A stretch of 63,853 nucleotides of DNA, counting the filler, from Octopus bimaculoides (Eukaryota), in the NCBI RefSeq assembly GCF_001194135.2. It is 7 parts of 6 records of this genome, joined end to end, with 100 filler letters (N's around TTAATTAATTAA, not from the genome) between each part and the next. Parts side by side here need not be neighbours in the genome. Positions count along the whole stretch, not along the records: positions 1 to 15,248 come from NC_068982.1; positions 15,349 to 32,417 come from NC_068985.1; 5 more parts are not named here. The stretch is one strand, 5' to 3'. A program made the position numbers and the translations under genes. Positions within the stretch are counted from its first letter, which is position 1. The number at the start of each line of letters is the position of its first letter. The notes under the pieces were generated by a model. The model was given only the letters and a program-made list of their open reading frames with translations, made no database searches and was not told where the DNA came from. Below are positions 12,899 through 25,375 of this stretch, one piece after another.

Positions 12899-13979
12899 GT
12901 CTGTCTATCTATCTGTCTATCTATCTGCATGCGTGTATCTTTCTATTTACACATATATGTTCATGAAGTTTAGTTGAAGGGTGATATTACTAGAGTCATA
13001 GCAAAATAAGAAAAGAAAACGCGGTAGGGAGGGTGAGGGAGTGAGAGATAGATAGATAGATGGAGAGAGAGTGAGATAAGGAGAGTGAAAGAGAGAGATT
13101 GTATGTGTATATGTGTGTATGTCTATGTGTCGCTGTGTATGTGTCTGTGTGTATGTGTCTCAAACTACAATATCTTGATTTTATTGTACATAATTAATTA
13201 ATTACATTATCGTCCCATGACAGTTGAATGTTGTCAATATAGTAAACTGGCATACCATCGCCACTGCCATCACCACCACCACCACCACCACCACCACCAC
13301 CACCTCCACCNNNNNNNNNNNNNNNNNNNNNNNNNNNNNNNNNNNNNNNNNNNNNNNNNNNNNNNNNNNNNNNNNNNNNNNNNNNNNNNNNNNNNNNNNN
13401 NNNNNNNNNNNNNNNNNNNNNNNNNNNNNNNNNNNNNNNNNNNNNNNNNNNNNNNNNNNNNNNNNNNNNNNNNNNNNNNNNNNNNNNNNNNNNNNNNNNN
13501 NNNNNNNNNNNNNNNNNNNNNNNNNNNNNNNNNNNNNNNNNNNNNNNNNNNNNNNNNNNNNNNNNNNNNNNNNNNNNNNNNNNNNNNNNNNNNNNNNNNN
13601 NNNNNNNNNNNNNNNNNNNNNNNNNNNNNNNNNNNNNNNNNNNNNNNNNNNNNNNNNNNNNNNNNNNNNNNNNNNNNNNNNNNNNNNNNNNNNNNNNNNN
13701 NNNNNNNNNNNNNNNNNNNNNNNNNNNNNNNNNNNNNNNNNNNNNNNNNCACCACCACCACCACCACCGACACCATCAATGTCGCAAACCTTCATCAACA
13801 TTATCATCATCATCCAATCCACTCCCCATGCCACCCATCTTAACCATCATCATAACCATCAGATGTTTTCCATAAATAATAGTTTTTAAAGCGTCTACTT
13901 TTCTTTCTTGCTTTCTTGTCTTTCTTCTTTCTCATTTTTCATTCCTGTTTCTTTTCATCTCCATTCTCTCATAAAAGAG

Positions 13980-14010
<31 letters not shown>

Positions 14011-14014
14011 CCAT

Positions 14015-14103
<89 letters not shown>

Positions 14104-15248
14104 ATCTACCTTGACAGAATGTCTTAAAGATTATTATTTTTGCTCTTCCCCACCGCCTTTCTCTACTTTCTGCAAATAGTTATGAAATCCATTTATAAAA
14201 ACAACTTCATCAAACAAAACAAATAAAATGCTAACTATAACAGCAACAACCACTACCACCACAACCACCACCACCACAACAACCACCAAAACAGCAGCAG
14301 CGGCAGCAGCAACAACAACGACGATAACAGCAGCAGCAACAACAACAACAACAACCACCCCCGCGTTCTCTGTTATTTTCGTTTTATTATTTCAACTAAT
14401 ATCCTCTCCCTTACCTTGTCACTCTTTTGTCAATGAGTTAATGTTATTCCGTTTTTGTGTTCAAAGCTCTGGTGGCAGCCATTTTTCTTTTATTTATCAA
14501 AGTGAAATACTCTTTATCTTTACAATAGCAAACCAATATTCTCAATTGGAATTAAAACCAATCTTTTATCTCCTCCCCTACATAAACTTAAATTGATCTT
14601 ATTTTCTAAATACGCTTTTAAAACTGCTTCTTACTCTTTATATAAAATAAACGGCAACAATAACATTAACAATATCGGTAATGACAACCACAAAACAACA
14701 CTTTAATTTCATTTTCTTCATATCTGTGTATGTATTTACACACGCACACACACACACATTTCACAATGTATGCATATCGGTTTGCATACATATGTTGTGT
14801 GCTTCTATCTATCTATCTATCTATTCCGTCCATCTCTCTCCTCCTCTCACTCTGTCTCTTTCTGTCTCTCTTCCTATGTATGTATGTATGTATGTATGTA
14901 TGTATGTATGTATGTATGTATGCATGTATGTATGTATGTATGTATGTACGTACATACATACATAGATACATAGATACATACATGCATACATACATACATA
15001 TACATATATATATATATATATATGCATGTCACAGGCAATACACGCACTTGAATATATATGTGGGTGTATGTGTTTGTGCGTGCTTGCGTGTATTCATGTA
15101 TGTGTGAGTGTGTGCATGATGTGCCAGCATACACATACACGCAAACATATTATAAATATATCCCAATTAATATGCAACTATTTACCTAACTACTTTAATG
15201 ACTAACTAACATTTATATACGTTTGTATAAATCAATCTGTATGTACAT

Positions 15249-15348
15249 NNNNNNNNNNNNNNNNNNNNNNNNNNNNNNNNNNNNNNNNNNNNTTAATTAA
15301 TTAANNNNNNNNNNNNNNNNNNNNNNNNNNNNNNNNNNNNNNNNNNNN
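15249..15348. other. Artificial 100-bp scaffold linker (44N-TTAATTAATTAA-44N)
   Basis: Same construct at 32418-32517, 53667-53766, 55970-56069, 57804-57903 and 62071-62170. The 12-mer has stop codons in all six frames. Confidence 0.93.
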
Positions 15349-15578
15349 TATGTATGTGTGTGTCTGTGTTTGCACCCTCCCCCATCATCGCTTGACAAAC
15401 GCTGTTGGTGTGTTTACATCCCTGTAACTTAGTGGTTCGGCAAAAAGAGAACGATCGAATAAGTACTAGGATTACAAAGAATAAGTCCTGGAGTCAATTT
15501 GTTCGACTAAAGGCAGTGCTCCAGCATGATCGCAGTCAAATAACTGAAACAAATAAAAGAATAAAAGAATAAAAGAAT
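15349..15578 (+). mobile_element. SINE family C, 3' half
   Basis: catcgcttgacaaacgctgttggtgtgtttacatccctgtaacttag...gtgctccagcatgatcgcagtc, then an (AATAAAAG)n tail. Same body at 56070-56225. Confidence 0.85.
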
Positions 15579-15583
15579 ATATG

Positions 15584-16864
15584 CAGGGTGTCCTAAAATT
15601 AAGGCAACCAACTTTTTCAATTTTACCAAAGCAAAATATTGTTGTTTCGGGTTCGAGCATTGCAATGCAGTGGTAAAGGAAGAACAATTATGGCACTACC
15701 ACAATTCTTTGATATCACCACCTCTTTTTCGAATCACAGCCTTAAGTTTAGGTGCGAATGCTTCATATGCGGCACGAAGCTGTTCTTGCGGAATCGAAAC
15801 CCATTCCTGGCACAGTTTTGCCTTCAGAGCATCGAGCAAAGCACGAGGAGTGCTCAAATCCCTTATCTTCAAAATGAACAAGACAAAAAAAAAATAGAAT
15901 CCAATGGGTTGAGATTAGGGCTTCTTGAGGGTCATACGTTTTGCCTATGAACGACGGAATGTTTTCCTGTATCCAATGTTGTGTCTGTTTGGAGCTGTGG
16001 GATGGTGCCGAGTCCTGTTGGAGGCTCCAAGGCGCACCTTGAAAGTGCTTATTCGCCCATTTCAGCTTCCAGAATGTTGCTAATGTATCCCTGGGTGTTA
16101 ATTTTAACACTCGAGGGCACAAAAACGAGGGAAGACCTTCCATGTGACTGTCACAGCCGTCCAAACCATAACTGACTGTGGATTTTGACGTCGATTTACG
16201 AGTCTACTCTCGACGGAGCTATATGCACTCCAAAGTCAGTCATTCTGGTGGCTTACTGTCTGTTCGAAATCAAACTTCTTTTCATCAGTGAACACCAAGC
16301 TGGACAGCGTGCTTTCAGCAATCTGACGCTGGGTAAGACGACTTCTCTCCAGTCTCATAGCCTTATAAACTTGCGTGAAATCATGACGGCGGATCATCTT
16401 GTAGGAGAGGATTCTGAGATCCCCCTTTCGGACTCGATACATCAATGTTCGGTTTATTTTTGCTGTGGCAGCCAGTTTTCTGACGGAACGACGAAGATTT
16501 CCCCGTATCTTTTCTGTGGTACTGTAGATAAGCTGTGGGGTCCGCACACTTCTTTTTCGGCTACGTCCAGGTCAACCAACGATGGAACCAGTCTCTTGAA
16601 ATTTCTTGATAGTTTTCTAGCCTGTCGGTCGGTTAATTTCAAGCTTTTTTGCTATAACCGTATTACTTTCGCCTCCTTTGTGGAAGGTTATGATTGTATT
16701 TCGGTCTATAGCCATTATCTAATTTATAAATCTGAATTTATTTAGTCTGAAACAAAATGAAGACAATAAACTTTTATAATGATGTATAATTTACATGTCT
16801 TATTATATTTATTGCTAGCTATTTAAACCCGAAACTTCGGTTGCTTTAATTTCGGGACACCGTG
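15584..16864 (-). mobile_element. Tc1/mariner superfamily transposon, maT (DD37D) type, about 1.28 kb, frameshifted transposase
   Basis: 26-bp TIRs (cagggtgtcctaaaattaaggcaacc vs cacggtgtcccgaaattaaagcaacc, 22/26). Motifs VFTDEKKF, QQDSAPSH and SPNLNPLD. Spacing between the second and third D is 37 after restoring a 1-bp deletion. Confidence 0.9.
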
Positions 16865-17010
16865 TGTATATATATATGTGTGNNNNNNNNNNNNNNNNNN
16901 NNNNNNNNNNNNNNNNNNNNNNNNNNNNNNNNNNNNNNNNNNNNNNNNNNNNNNNNNNNNNNNNNNNNNNNNNNNNNNNNNNNNNNNNNNNNNNNNNNGG
17001 GTATCCCGAA

Positions 17011-17057
<47 letters not shown>

Positions 17058-17169
17058 TGTATGTATGTATGTATTTCAGGAAGGTCATTTTTTTCTTGTC
17101 AAATAAACAAGCGCACTATATATTCGTTTTTCGCTTGTTTATTATTGTTCTTATTTTATGTAATTTTTC

Positions 17170-17212
17170 TGGAAATATTTCGTCACAAATCTTATGACCT
17201 CTTCAGTGACAC
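17170..17212 (-). ncRNA. Hammerhead ribozyme motif in the PLE 3' region (stem I degenerate)
   Basis: Minus strand CTGAAGA-G-GTCA TAAGATTTG TGAC-GAAA-TAT-T. Palindromic stem III ATAT. Stem I pairs poorly. Confidence 0.55.
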
Positions 17213-18812
17213 TCCGTCCCACGTGTCTCCTCTTGTTCTGTTTCGTCCATTTTGTCTTTCTGTGGTGTGTATCCTTATCTGCGCATGCGTTTGCGTTTGT
17301 ATCTCTGTGTGTGCGTGAATGTGTGTGTCCGTGAGTGTGTGTGTGTGCGTCTCTATGTATTTTGTATGAGTGTTTTGTGTGTGTTTGTATATAAGTTTGA
17401 TTACTATGCTGCTTGTGTCCGTGCCCTTTATTTGTATTTATTTACTTATTCTCTGTTTCATTTCATCTTAGCATGTGTATATGTGTCTTTTGTGTGTGTG
17501 CATATCAGTTTATGCATTATACTGCTTGTATTTATGTTTTTACTTTTTCTTTTCTCCCATTCTGTCTTTAGGAGTCATGTTGCGTAGTGTGGTTGTGGTG
17601 GGTGTTACAGATTCATTCGTGTTTTCTGTTGCGGCTCAGTCTGTCTATTACTATGTGTGTGGCCTCTGTAATCTAAGTGTCGTGTCTCTTCTATGCGTTG
17701 ATAATATCTTAACATCTTTGTTATTAACCGGAACTCTATGTTCTAATTGAGCATGTTGGTAGAGCGCTGACGAGCTTTTCTCCTCTTTGGGCTCCCGCCA
17801 GTGTTCACCTATCCGCTCCCCTATGCTACATGCGGTCTTCACAATGTTCTCTTGTTTCAGTACTGTCCCCCAGTACACCGTATGCTGTCGACTACATTCC
17901 TAATCTTAAAGTTAATCTGCGAGTTCACCCTACATACTATACAGTTGTTCTCCGTATATGGAGGCCTTTCGAACGGATATGTTCTACAGATCAGGAATTT
18001 TATGGGGAGTTTCTTGGCCTTTCTACTACTTTAATCTGTAGATTTACTTTATCTAATGTTTTCCTAAAAAGATATGTTAGTTCGCCGCCAGGGGTAGCAT
18101 CAATGAACATGACACTCTAGTTTTTTGGTTGTCATACCATGAGTTGACCTTACCTATATTCTTGGTCCTTTCTATGCTGTTCAAGAATTTACCCCTGTAC
18201 AGTGGGCAGATCCTATTTGCATCATTTTCAATAATGGCCTTGTACTTAGCCCGGTATTCTTTGTACACTCTAATCCTGTCCCTTTGGCTGTAGCCAGAGA
18301 ACTGCATGTGGTGAATGAAGTGTTGTATGTATTTCTCCAATTCCGTTGGGTATCACATGCAGGACACATTTCCCATCACCCTCACCAAATCCGCTATTAG
18401 GATATTGAACTTGGCGTTGCCCGCGGCATAGTCTGCAATAGCTACGTTCTTGTGGACCAGGTATTCAGAGATCATGGGCTTGACATAGTGGGAATGAAGG
18501 ATCTGGTCCTTATTAATTTTAGTTTCCAGACAGAGTTCCGTGTCTAAGACCGGTAGTTTATAGTTAGGGTGCTTGCCAGGGTAATCCACTGTTACTTTAA
18601 TACTCTGATGGATGGAGTTAGCTATTTGTTTGATGTTCTCCATGGTGCTAGCTTCTAGTTCATAGACACTGTCTTGTGGTGGTGCTTTAACCACTATGTT
18701 GACATCATCAACATAGCAGGAGTACATGGTTAGGGTTATGGAACTTTCTGCTAATCTTTCTTTGATTCTCCTATCCGACGATGCCATAAATAAGTTAGCC
18801 ACATCACCAGAA
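17170..18812 (-). mobile_element. Penelope-like retroelement, 5'-truncated (RT, Cys-rich linker, GIY-YIG, 3' region), Neptune-like
   Basis: RT YVDD and LPVLDT motifs (18353-18802), thumb HFIHHMQFSGYS, linker NNCIVC...IRNVVDSIRC, endonuclease ERIGEHW...ALYQHAQLEH. Several frameshifts. Confidence 0.85.
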
Positions 18813-18844
<32 letters not shown>

Positions 18845-18847
18845 TAT

Positions 18848-19462
18848 ATAGTCTACAAAATAAGCTGTATGGATGGTGAGTGTAAAAACAGAAACACGAC
18901 ATACATAGGTGAGACGGCAAGAAGTTTGGCTGAGCGTGTAAGCGAACATTGGAGGGACTATAATAATCAAAAACAAACCTCGGTGCTCTACCAGCATGCC
19001 AAAAAACAACATGGTGGTGTACTGGACAGAATTAGCATAGAAATCCTGTCTAGACACTCCGGTGACGCATCGTTGCGACAAATACAGGAGTCGGTCCTCA
19101 TAACTGAAACGCAACCAATTTTAAACACCAAATACACGTAGATGAGGGCCTTACAATTGCCCATGGTTGCATGTGTTGTTCACACATATGATGCGGAATA
19201 TGAACGTAAATAANNNNNNNNNNNNNNNNNNNNNNNNNNNNNNNNNNNNNNNNNNNNNNNNNNNNNNNNNGGACGCACATACTTACATATAAGCACGAAC
19301 ACATAAGTGCGTGCACACATACGAGCTTGCACACACTCACATGCTCATACCAAACAGTTTCGAAACAACGCCAAAACAACGCCAGATCATATATTCAAAA
19401 TAAATGGAAGTGGAGAGACAAGTTACTGAAGAGATTGCAAGAGTGCAATGAAATAATTTAAC
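18848..19462 (+). mobile_element. Penelope-like retroelement 3' fragment (GIY-YIG endonuclease plus 3' region)
   Basis: IVYKISCMDGECKNRNTTYIGETARSLAERVSEHW...LYQHAKKQH...LRQIQESVLITETQPILNTKY, the classic PLE GIY-YIG C-terminus. Confidence 0.9.
19422..19462 (+). ncRNA. Hammerhead ribozyme motif downstream of the PLE endonuclease
   Basis: GTTA-CTGAAGA-G-ATTGCA AGAG TGCAAT-GAAA-TAAT-T-TAAC. Stem I GTTA/TAAC and a perfect 6-bp stem II. Confidence 0.7.
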
Positions 19463-19539
19463 AAAAAACTATATAAATTAATAAAGGACTGAACCACTGC
19501 GTGTGTTTATTACCGGCATAATGCCTCTCCCAAGGTTTA

Positions 19540-19580
<41 letters not shown>

Positions 19581-20539
19581 GATAAATTATGGTCAGCAAT
19601 GCATCAATCTTATCAGAAAGGATATAAACAACTAACTCATCAAACAAATATGTTAACAGAAATAGAAAGTCCTATAAAATGTAAGGTATTTATATTCATA
19701 TGCACACACGCGTGCACACACTCAAATATGTGACATTATATGCCTGTATATTACTGCGTGCCTATGTATATGTGTTTGTATACGTTTGTGTTTTTTGTAG
19801 ACATATAATGTCACATATTTAAGTGTGTGTACGCGTGTGTGCATACGAATATAAATACCTTACATATTATAGGACTTTCTATTTCTGTTAACATGTCTGT
19901 TTGATGAGTTAGCTATTTATATCCTTTCTGATAAGATCGATGCATTGCTGACCATAATTTATCCTGTTGGACATTTTTGAGTGCATCCGTCGAAACATAA
20001 GTAGAAGACTTCAAGATATAAATGGTTTAACATCCTGAGAGTTCGTCTCCTTATTCAATTTTCCTATATTCTACCAAATACGACTTACTATCCCGGATTT
20101 AAAACCTGGGACACTTAAGCAACATTTAGCTACCTTATAATTATTCCCATTGATTTTCCCTTTAAATTATAAACTATATATATACGTGTGTACATGTATT
20201 AGACATTAATTGAAAGATCACTCTATAGCTTTAAGTAGAGTATCATATCATATTCATCATTTTTTTTTTACAAGAAAAAGATTGAACTTAGAAATTTCAG
20301 TTTAGTCGCCTTTTTCGGAAAATCGCAAGAAGGCAACTCACTTGAAGTTTCGAAGTCGTTGTCAATCTCTTCCTTGACAAAATAATAGAAAAAATAAAAC
20401 AGTCACATATATAAACATACATGCATATATACGTATGACCGGGCCGTTATGAATATTCCTCAATCGATCTTTTATTGATATTTTGTGGCTTAAACTCCAC
20501 AAGCATTCTTTTTTACATTCAAGTTGTGTAAATATAATA

Positions 20540-20890
20540 TCTATATATATAAAGACGAGAATGTGTGTGTGTGTGTGCGCGCGCGGTGTGTGTGTGTCTG
20601 TGTCTGTCTGTCTGTGTGAATCCCTAGAACTTGAGAACTACACAACCAATTTCATTCAAATTTTACACATGCCTTACTTAGGGTCCAGGTAGTGTTTTAG
20701 GCCCCAAAACGTTTTCACATCTTGCCTAGTGCGAGCCCAGTGCAATATCACATCTCCACTCTTGCAGTATTACGTGTCAAAAGTGAAACAATGACATCTC
20801 TATTGTAATGTCAGATATTTCCACTTTAATATTTTCATTTTAATACTGAAACTATTAAAGTGAAACTATTATCTCACATATATACAGGCA
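20540..20890 (+). mobile_element. Non-autonomous Helitron-like element
   Basis: 5' terminus A|TCTATATATATAAAG, then GT/GTCT microsatellite and ccaatttcattcaaatttt motif. 20757-20890 matches the reverse complement of 29566-29700 next to the Helitron Rep remnant. Confidence 0.7.
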
Positions 20891-21722
20891 TACATACATA
20901 TATACACTCATACACGCACACATACACACACACATGCACACGCACACACACACANNNNNNNNNNNNNNNNNNNNNNNNNNNNNNNNNNNNNNNNNNNNNN
21001 NNNNNNNNNNNNNNNNNNNNNNNNNNNNNNNNNNNNNNNNNNNNNNNNNNNNNNNNNNNNNNNNNNNNNNNNNNNNNNNNNNNNNNNNNNNNNNNNNNNN
21101 NNNNNNNNNNNNNNNNNNNNNNNNNNNNNNNNNNNNNNNNNNNNNNNNNNNNNNNNNNNNNNNNNNNNNNNNNNNNNNNNNNNNNNNNNNNNNNNNNNNN
21201 NNNNNNNNNNNNNNNNNNNNNNNNNNNNNNNNNNNNNNNNNNNNNNNNNNNNNNNNNNNNNNNNNNNNNNNNNNNNNNNNNNNNNNNNNNNNNNNNNNNN
21301 NTATATATATATATACATGTGTATATATAGAAGTATATGTATACATGTATATGTATACATGTATATGTCTACATGTCTATATATATATGTACATGTATAC
21401 ATATACATGTACATGTACACATATAAACACACATATATACGTGTACACATATGTACACACATATATATATATACACATATATACACATATACACATATAT
21501 ATATACATATATACACATATACACACATGTACATATATACACATATACACATATACACATATATACATAATGCATATATACACATATACACATACACATA
21601 TGTACACATATATATACACATATATACATGCATACATATATACACTCATACACGCACACATACACACACACATGCACACGCACACACACACACATACATG
21701 TATGTATATGTGTATATTCATA

Positions 21723-22330
21723 TCTATTACATAAAAGTGAATGTCTTTATGTGTGTTCATGAGTCACTTATACATTCGAAAACTACTGCACCGATCCTAA
21801 TGAAATTTGGAACACAAAATCCATGCCTACGGAGTTGCTGTGTGTTTCATACAACTTCATGGACAAAAATTACTGAATGGATCCTTATGATATTTGGAAC
21901 TTAGATTCAATGCATAAGGGCAGGTATAATGCATTATGTTTGCTTTGAATTTCAGATGGCTTAAAGGGAGCAGAACCCCCATGAACATTCATAAATTTTC
22001 GATGTTGATGAAATTCCAGCCATGGGTAATTGACTCACATCAAGGTGTATTCTCAAACTTTCCAGTTCTCACGAGGATTCTAAGACCCCCTAATGGGGGC
22101 CTTAACTCCCAAATTTTAGTCATTTTTTATGACCCAAAACTACGTCAAAAGTACTGAATGGATCTTTATGAAATTTGGTAATTATATTCTATGCATAAGG
22201 GCCATTACTACCATGAAAATTCATATATTTGTCCTGTTGATGAAATTTTAACCATAAATATTAGACACAAATGAAGTAATATCTCTCAAATTTCATCTTC
22301 TTAGAAGTTAGAAAGACCTCTCCTAAATTT
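21723..22330 (+). mobile_element. Non-autonomous Helitron-like element (second 5' end)
   Basis: 5' terminus A|TCTATTACATAAAAGTGAATGTC and repeated tactgaatggatc..tatga.atttgg units. 22255-22320 matches the reverse complement of about 31990-32050 upstream of the Helitron ORF. Confidence 0.7.
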
Positions 22331-22662
22331 AGTCATTTAGTAGTGAATCGTTTAAGAGCGTTCCAAACAGTCAGACCAACAGAGCCATTTCAATGTTAAG
22401 CTGTAAAATTTTTACAAGCATACAAGAGACATTTCAGTGTACCTCTGCGTTTTTATTGTGTAAATATTGATTGATAATGCATTTAATAGTTTTGGTGTCT
22501 ATGTATTTTTGAATTATCTCTAAAATAACTGTATAACTAAGTGTTAAAGTCTTTACGTTGTTATCATAAATACGTTATCTTATAGAGATTAAATTGTTGT
22601 AAATTCGGTTGTGGAATAAATACACATATCTTATACATGCGTACGCACGCACGCACGCACAT

Positions 22663-22694
<32 letters not shown>

Positions 22695-22717
22695 GCGCGT
22701 ATACATGTGTGTGTATA

Positions 22718-22752
<35 letters not shown>

Positions 22753-22755
<3 letters not shown>

Positions 22756-22998
22756 GGCGAGTTATCTTAACGGTTAGTGGGGTTTGAACTCACGATCGCA
22801 AGAACGTAGTTTCTATTCCTAGACCGGGCACAGCGTTGTGTTCTTGGACAAAACACTTCATTTCACGTTGCTCCAGCCTACCCGGTTGTAATGGCTGACT
22901 CTGCGACGAACCTGCGTTCCCGTTCAGGAGAAATTCTGGCCTGCCCGCCTAGCCAGTGGGGTGTCATCATTCGAAAGCTACAACAATGCGAGGAAGCG
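22753..22998 (+). mobile_element. tRNA-derived SINE, family D (degenerate)
   Basis: tRNA-like head, then gttgtgttcttggacaaaacacttcatttcacgttgctccag. This core is shared with 39905-40158. Confidence 0.65.
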
Positions 22999-23077
<79 letters not shown>

Positions 23078-23164
23078 CGTGTGTGTGTGTGTGTGTGTGT
23101 GTGCGTGCGCACGCGCATGTGTATGTGTGCGTGAGAGTATGCGTGAGTGTGTATGTGAAATACA

Positions 23165-24350
23165 TGTTTCAAATAGTAGTGGCTTAGGCTACGTCTAACC
23201 TTCGGGTAAAGTCCTTTAAGTCATGTTTTGCATGACCACAGCCCACTAAATTACGAAGTTCTTTTCTGGGTTCCGTTTGAAAGTTATGGGAGTATTTTCT
23301 TCCTTTATTTATTTTATGACGTTAAATTATGCAGAACCGTTTGAAGTAAAATATTTGGATCACAGTTGGCTAATGTGTTTTAATTGGATTCATATAAAGA
23401 TCGCACGGTACGAGTTCGAATCTTGGGATGATTTTTAAACCTGATGATATATTTTCCACAATGTGCACAAATGATGTAGCACTCAAGTTGGCATTAGAGA
23501 GAACAGATTTTGAGTGTCTTGAGGCAGTGATTAAGATCTGTTAATTACCTTCCCTCTGGTGCCCCAATTTTCGTAAGGTTTTGTTCGGAATGAGTAGACC
23601 ACAAGCAGTAACAGTATTCTACATCTGGCAGTATAACGGAAGAGAAAAGAAAATGTTGTTCTGTGGAGTGGAAAGTTCTGAGGGTCCAGGATCGAATCCA
23701 GCGAGTCATTCCAAGTTTATTGTTGATGTGAGCGCCTTAGCTGAAGTTGTTGCCAACAATTACTTTTAAGGCCCTAATATTCTTAGATGCCATGAGCGAT
23801 GCTCCTAAGGAAAAGGTGTATTATTGTTTAAGCAACCTCCTTCTCAAAGTACATGTGCTCGTTCTGTAGCATATTATGCTTTTCCACCCATTGACTTGCA
23901 GTATGTAGGTCAGAATAGAGATTTATCTATTGATAAATTTTTGAAGTTTAGAGTATTTATATTTTGCTGTGTTTGATGACACTTGTGATATTGTTTATGT
24001 CAATTCTAACGTGAAGTAGGCCCAGCACAATGCTATGCAGAACACTACTAAGTCTGAGTGGATTCCGTCGATCAAAACATGGGTTCTACTTAACAGGAAA
24101 CATTTAATTCTGTGGAGCAGCTTTCCGCGAACTCCAACATCAAGTAGTTTTTAAAAAGATTAATACAAGAGACGACTCGGCTGGAGGTTTTGCTGAAGTC
24201 GAGATAGATTCGTGTTTGAATCTTTCCAAATTTTTAGAATGTTATCAAGACAGTATAGTAGTTGTGTTAAGTAATCTCTGCTATCTCGAAAGTCATGCTG
24301 GCTGCAATTTAGGAGATAATTGTTCTCCGAGAAGTTAATCATTCTTTATC
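23165..24350 (-). mobile_element. CR1-clade LINE 3' fragment (highly decayed RT and C-terminus)
   Basis: MINFSENNYLLNCSQHDFR..LTQLL, IYLDFSK, SIVLGLL..INNITSVIKHSKI and SWTLRTF..EYCYCLWS align with CR1 RT motifs. Many stops and frameshifts. Confidence 0.75.
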
Positions 24351-24482
24351 GCACCACCTTTTTAAATACTTTATCGATATGAAAGGTAAATGAGTGAGAG
24401 GTAGATGAAAGTTCATTACATGCAAAACATTTTTCCCTTTTGAAGAACGGAATGACAGATTGGGATAGAAAATGATTACTTG

Positions 24483-24704
24483 CGAGGGTGGGCTGAAAAG
24501 TTCCTGACTTTGGGTAACAGAAAATACAGGAGGATCAGTTAATTATGGTTTTATTCAACATAGTCCCCTCTCAAATTCACACACTTATTGCAGCAGTCCT
24601 TCGTTTTTTTTTCTAAGCCCTGCCAAAGAACTCGGAAAGTTGGGCCTCAAACCAGGCTTTCGCGATACCTTTAAAACCAGAAACTTTTAAGCAGCAGCCC
24701 CTCA
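24483..24704. mobile_element. mariner-derived MITE
   Basis: Imperfect TIRs cgagggtgggctgaaaagttcc and ccagaaacttttaagcagcagcccctca, with TA on the right side. Confidence 0.7.
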
Positions 24705-25375
24705 TACATAACCAGCATATGGTAACTTTTTCCAGGGATTAGCTAGGGAACATGCAAGTTGGTGAGTGCATTCCCAGGGAATCTATTGGAGTTTACAGCA
24801 GTGTAATGTTTAATATAGTCTATCGTTTGGATGATGTCTGGATACCAAAAGTTATGTAGGAATTTAGTATTTTCTTTTTATNNNNNNNNNNNNNNNNNNN
24901 NNNNNNNNNNNNNNNNNNNNNNNNNNNNNNNNNNNNNNNNNNNNNNNNNNNNNNNNNNNNNNNNNNNNNNNNNNNNNNNNNNNNNNNNNNNNNNNNNNNN
25001 NNNNNNNNNNNNNNNNNNNNNNNNNNNNNNNNNNNNNNNNNNNNNNNNNNNNNNNNNNNNNNNNNNNNNNNNNNNNNNNNNNNNNNNNNNNNNNNNNNNN
25101 NNNNNNNNNNNNNNNNNNNNNNNNNNNNNNNNNNNNNNNNNNNNNNNNNNNNNNNNNNNNNNNNNNNNNNNNNNNNNNNNNNNNNNNNNNNNNNNNNNNN
25201 NNNNNNNNNNNNNNNNNNNNNNNNNNNNNNNNNNNNNNNNNNNNNNNNNNNNNNNNNNNNNNNNNNNNNNNNNNNNAGGTGGTGTAAACCCAGGTCCAAT
25301 GTTTTTACGAAAAAAGTGGATTTTTTTCAATACTAACCGTAAAACGAATGCAGTTATAATAATAATTTTTATTAT

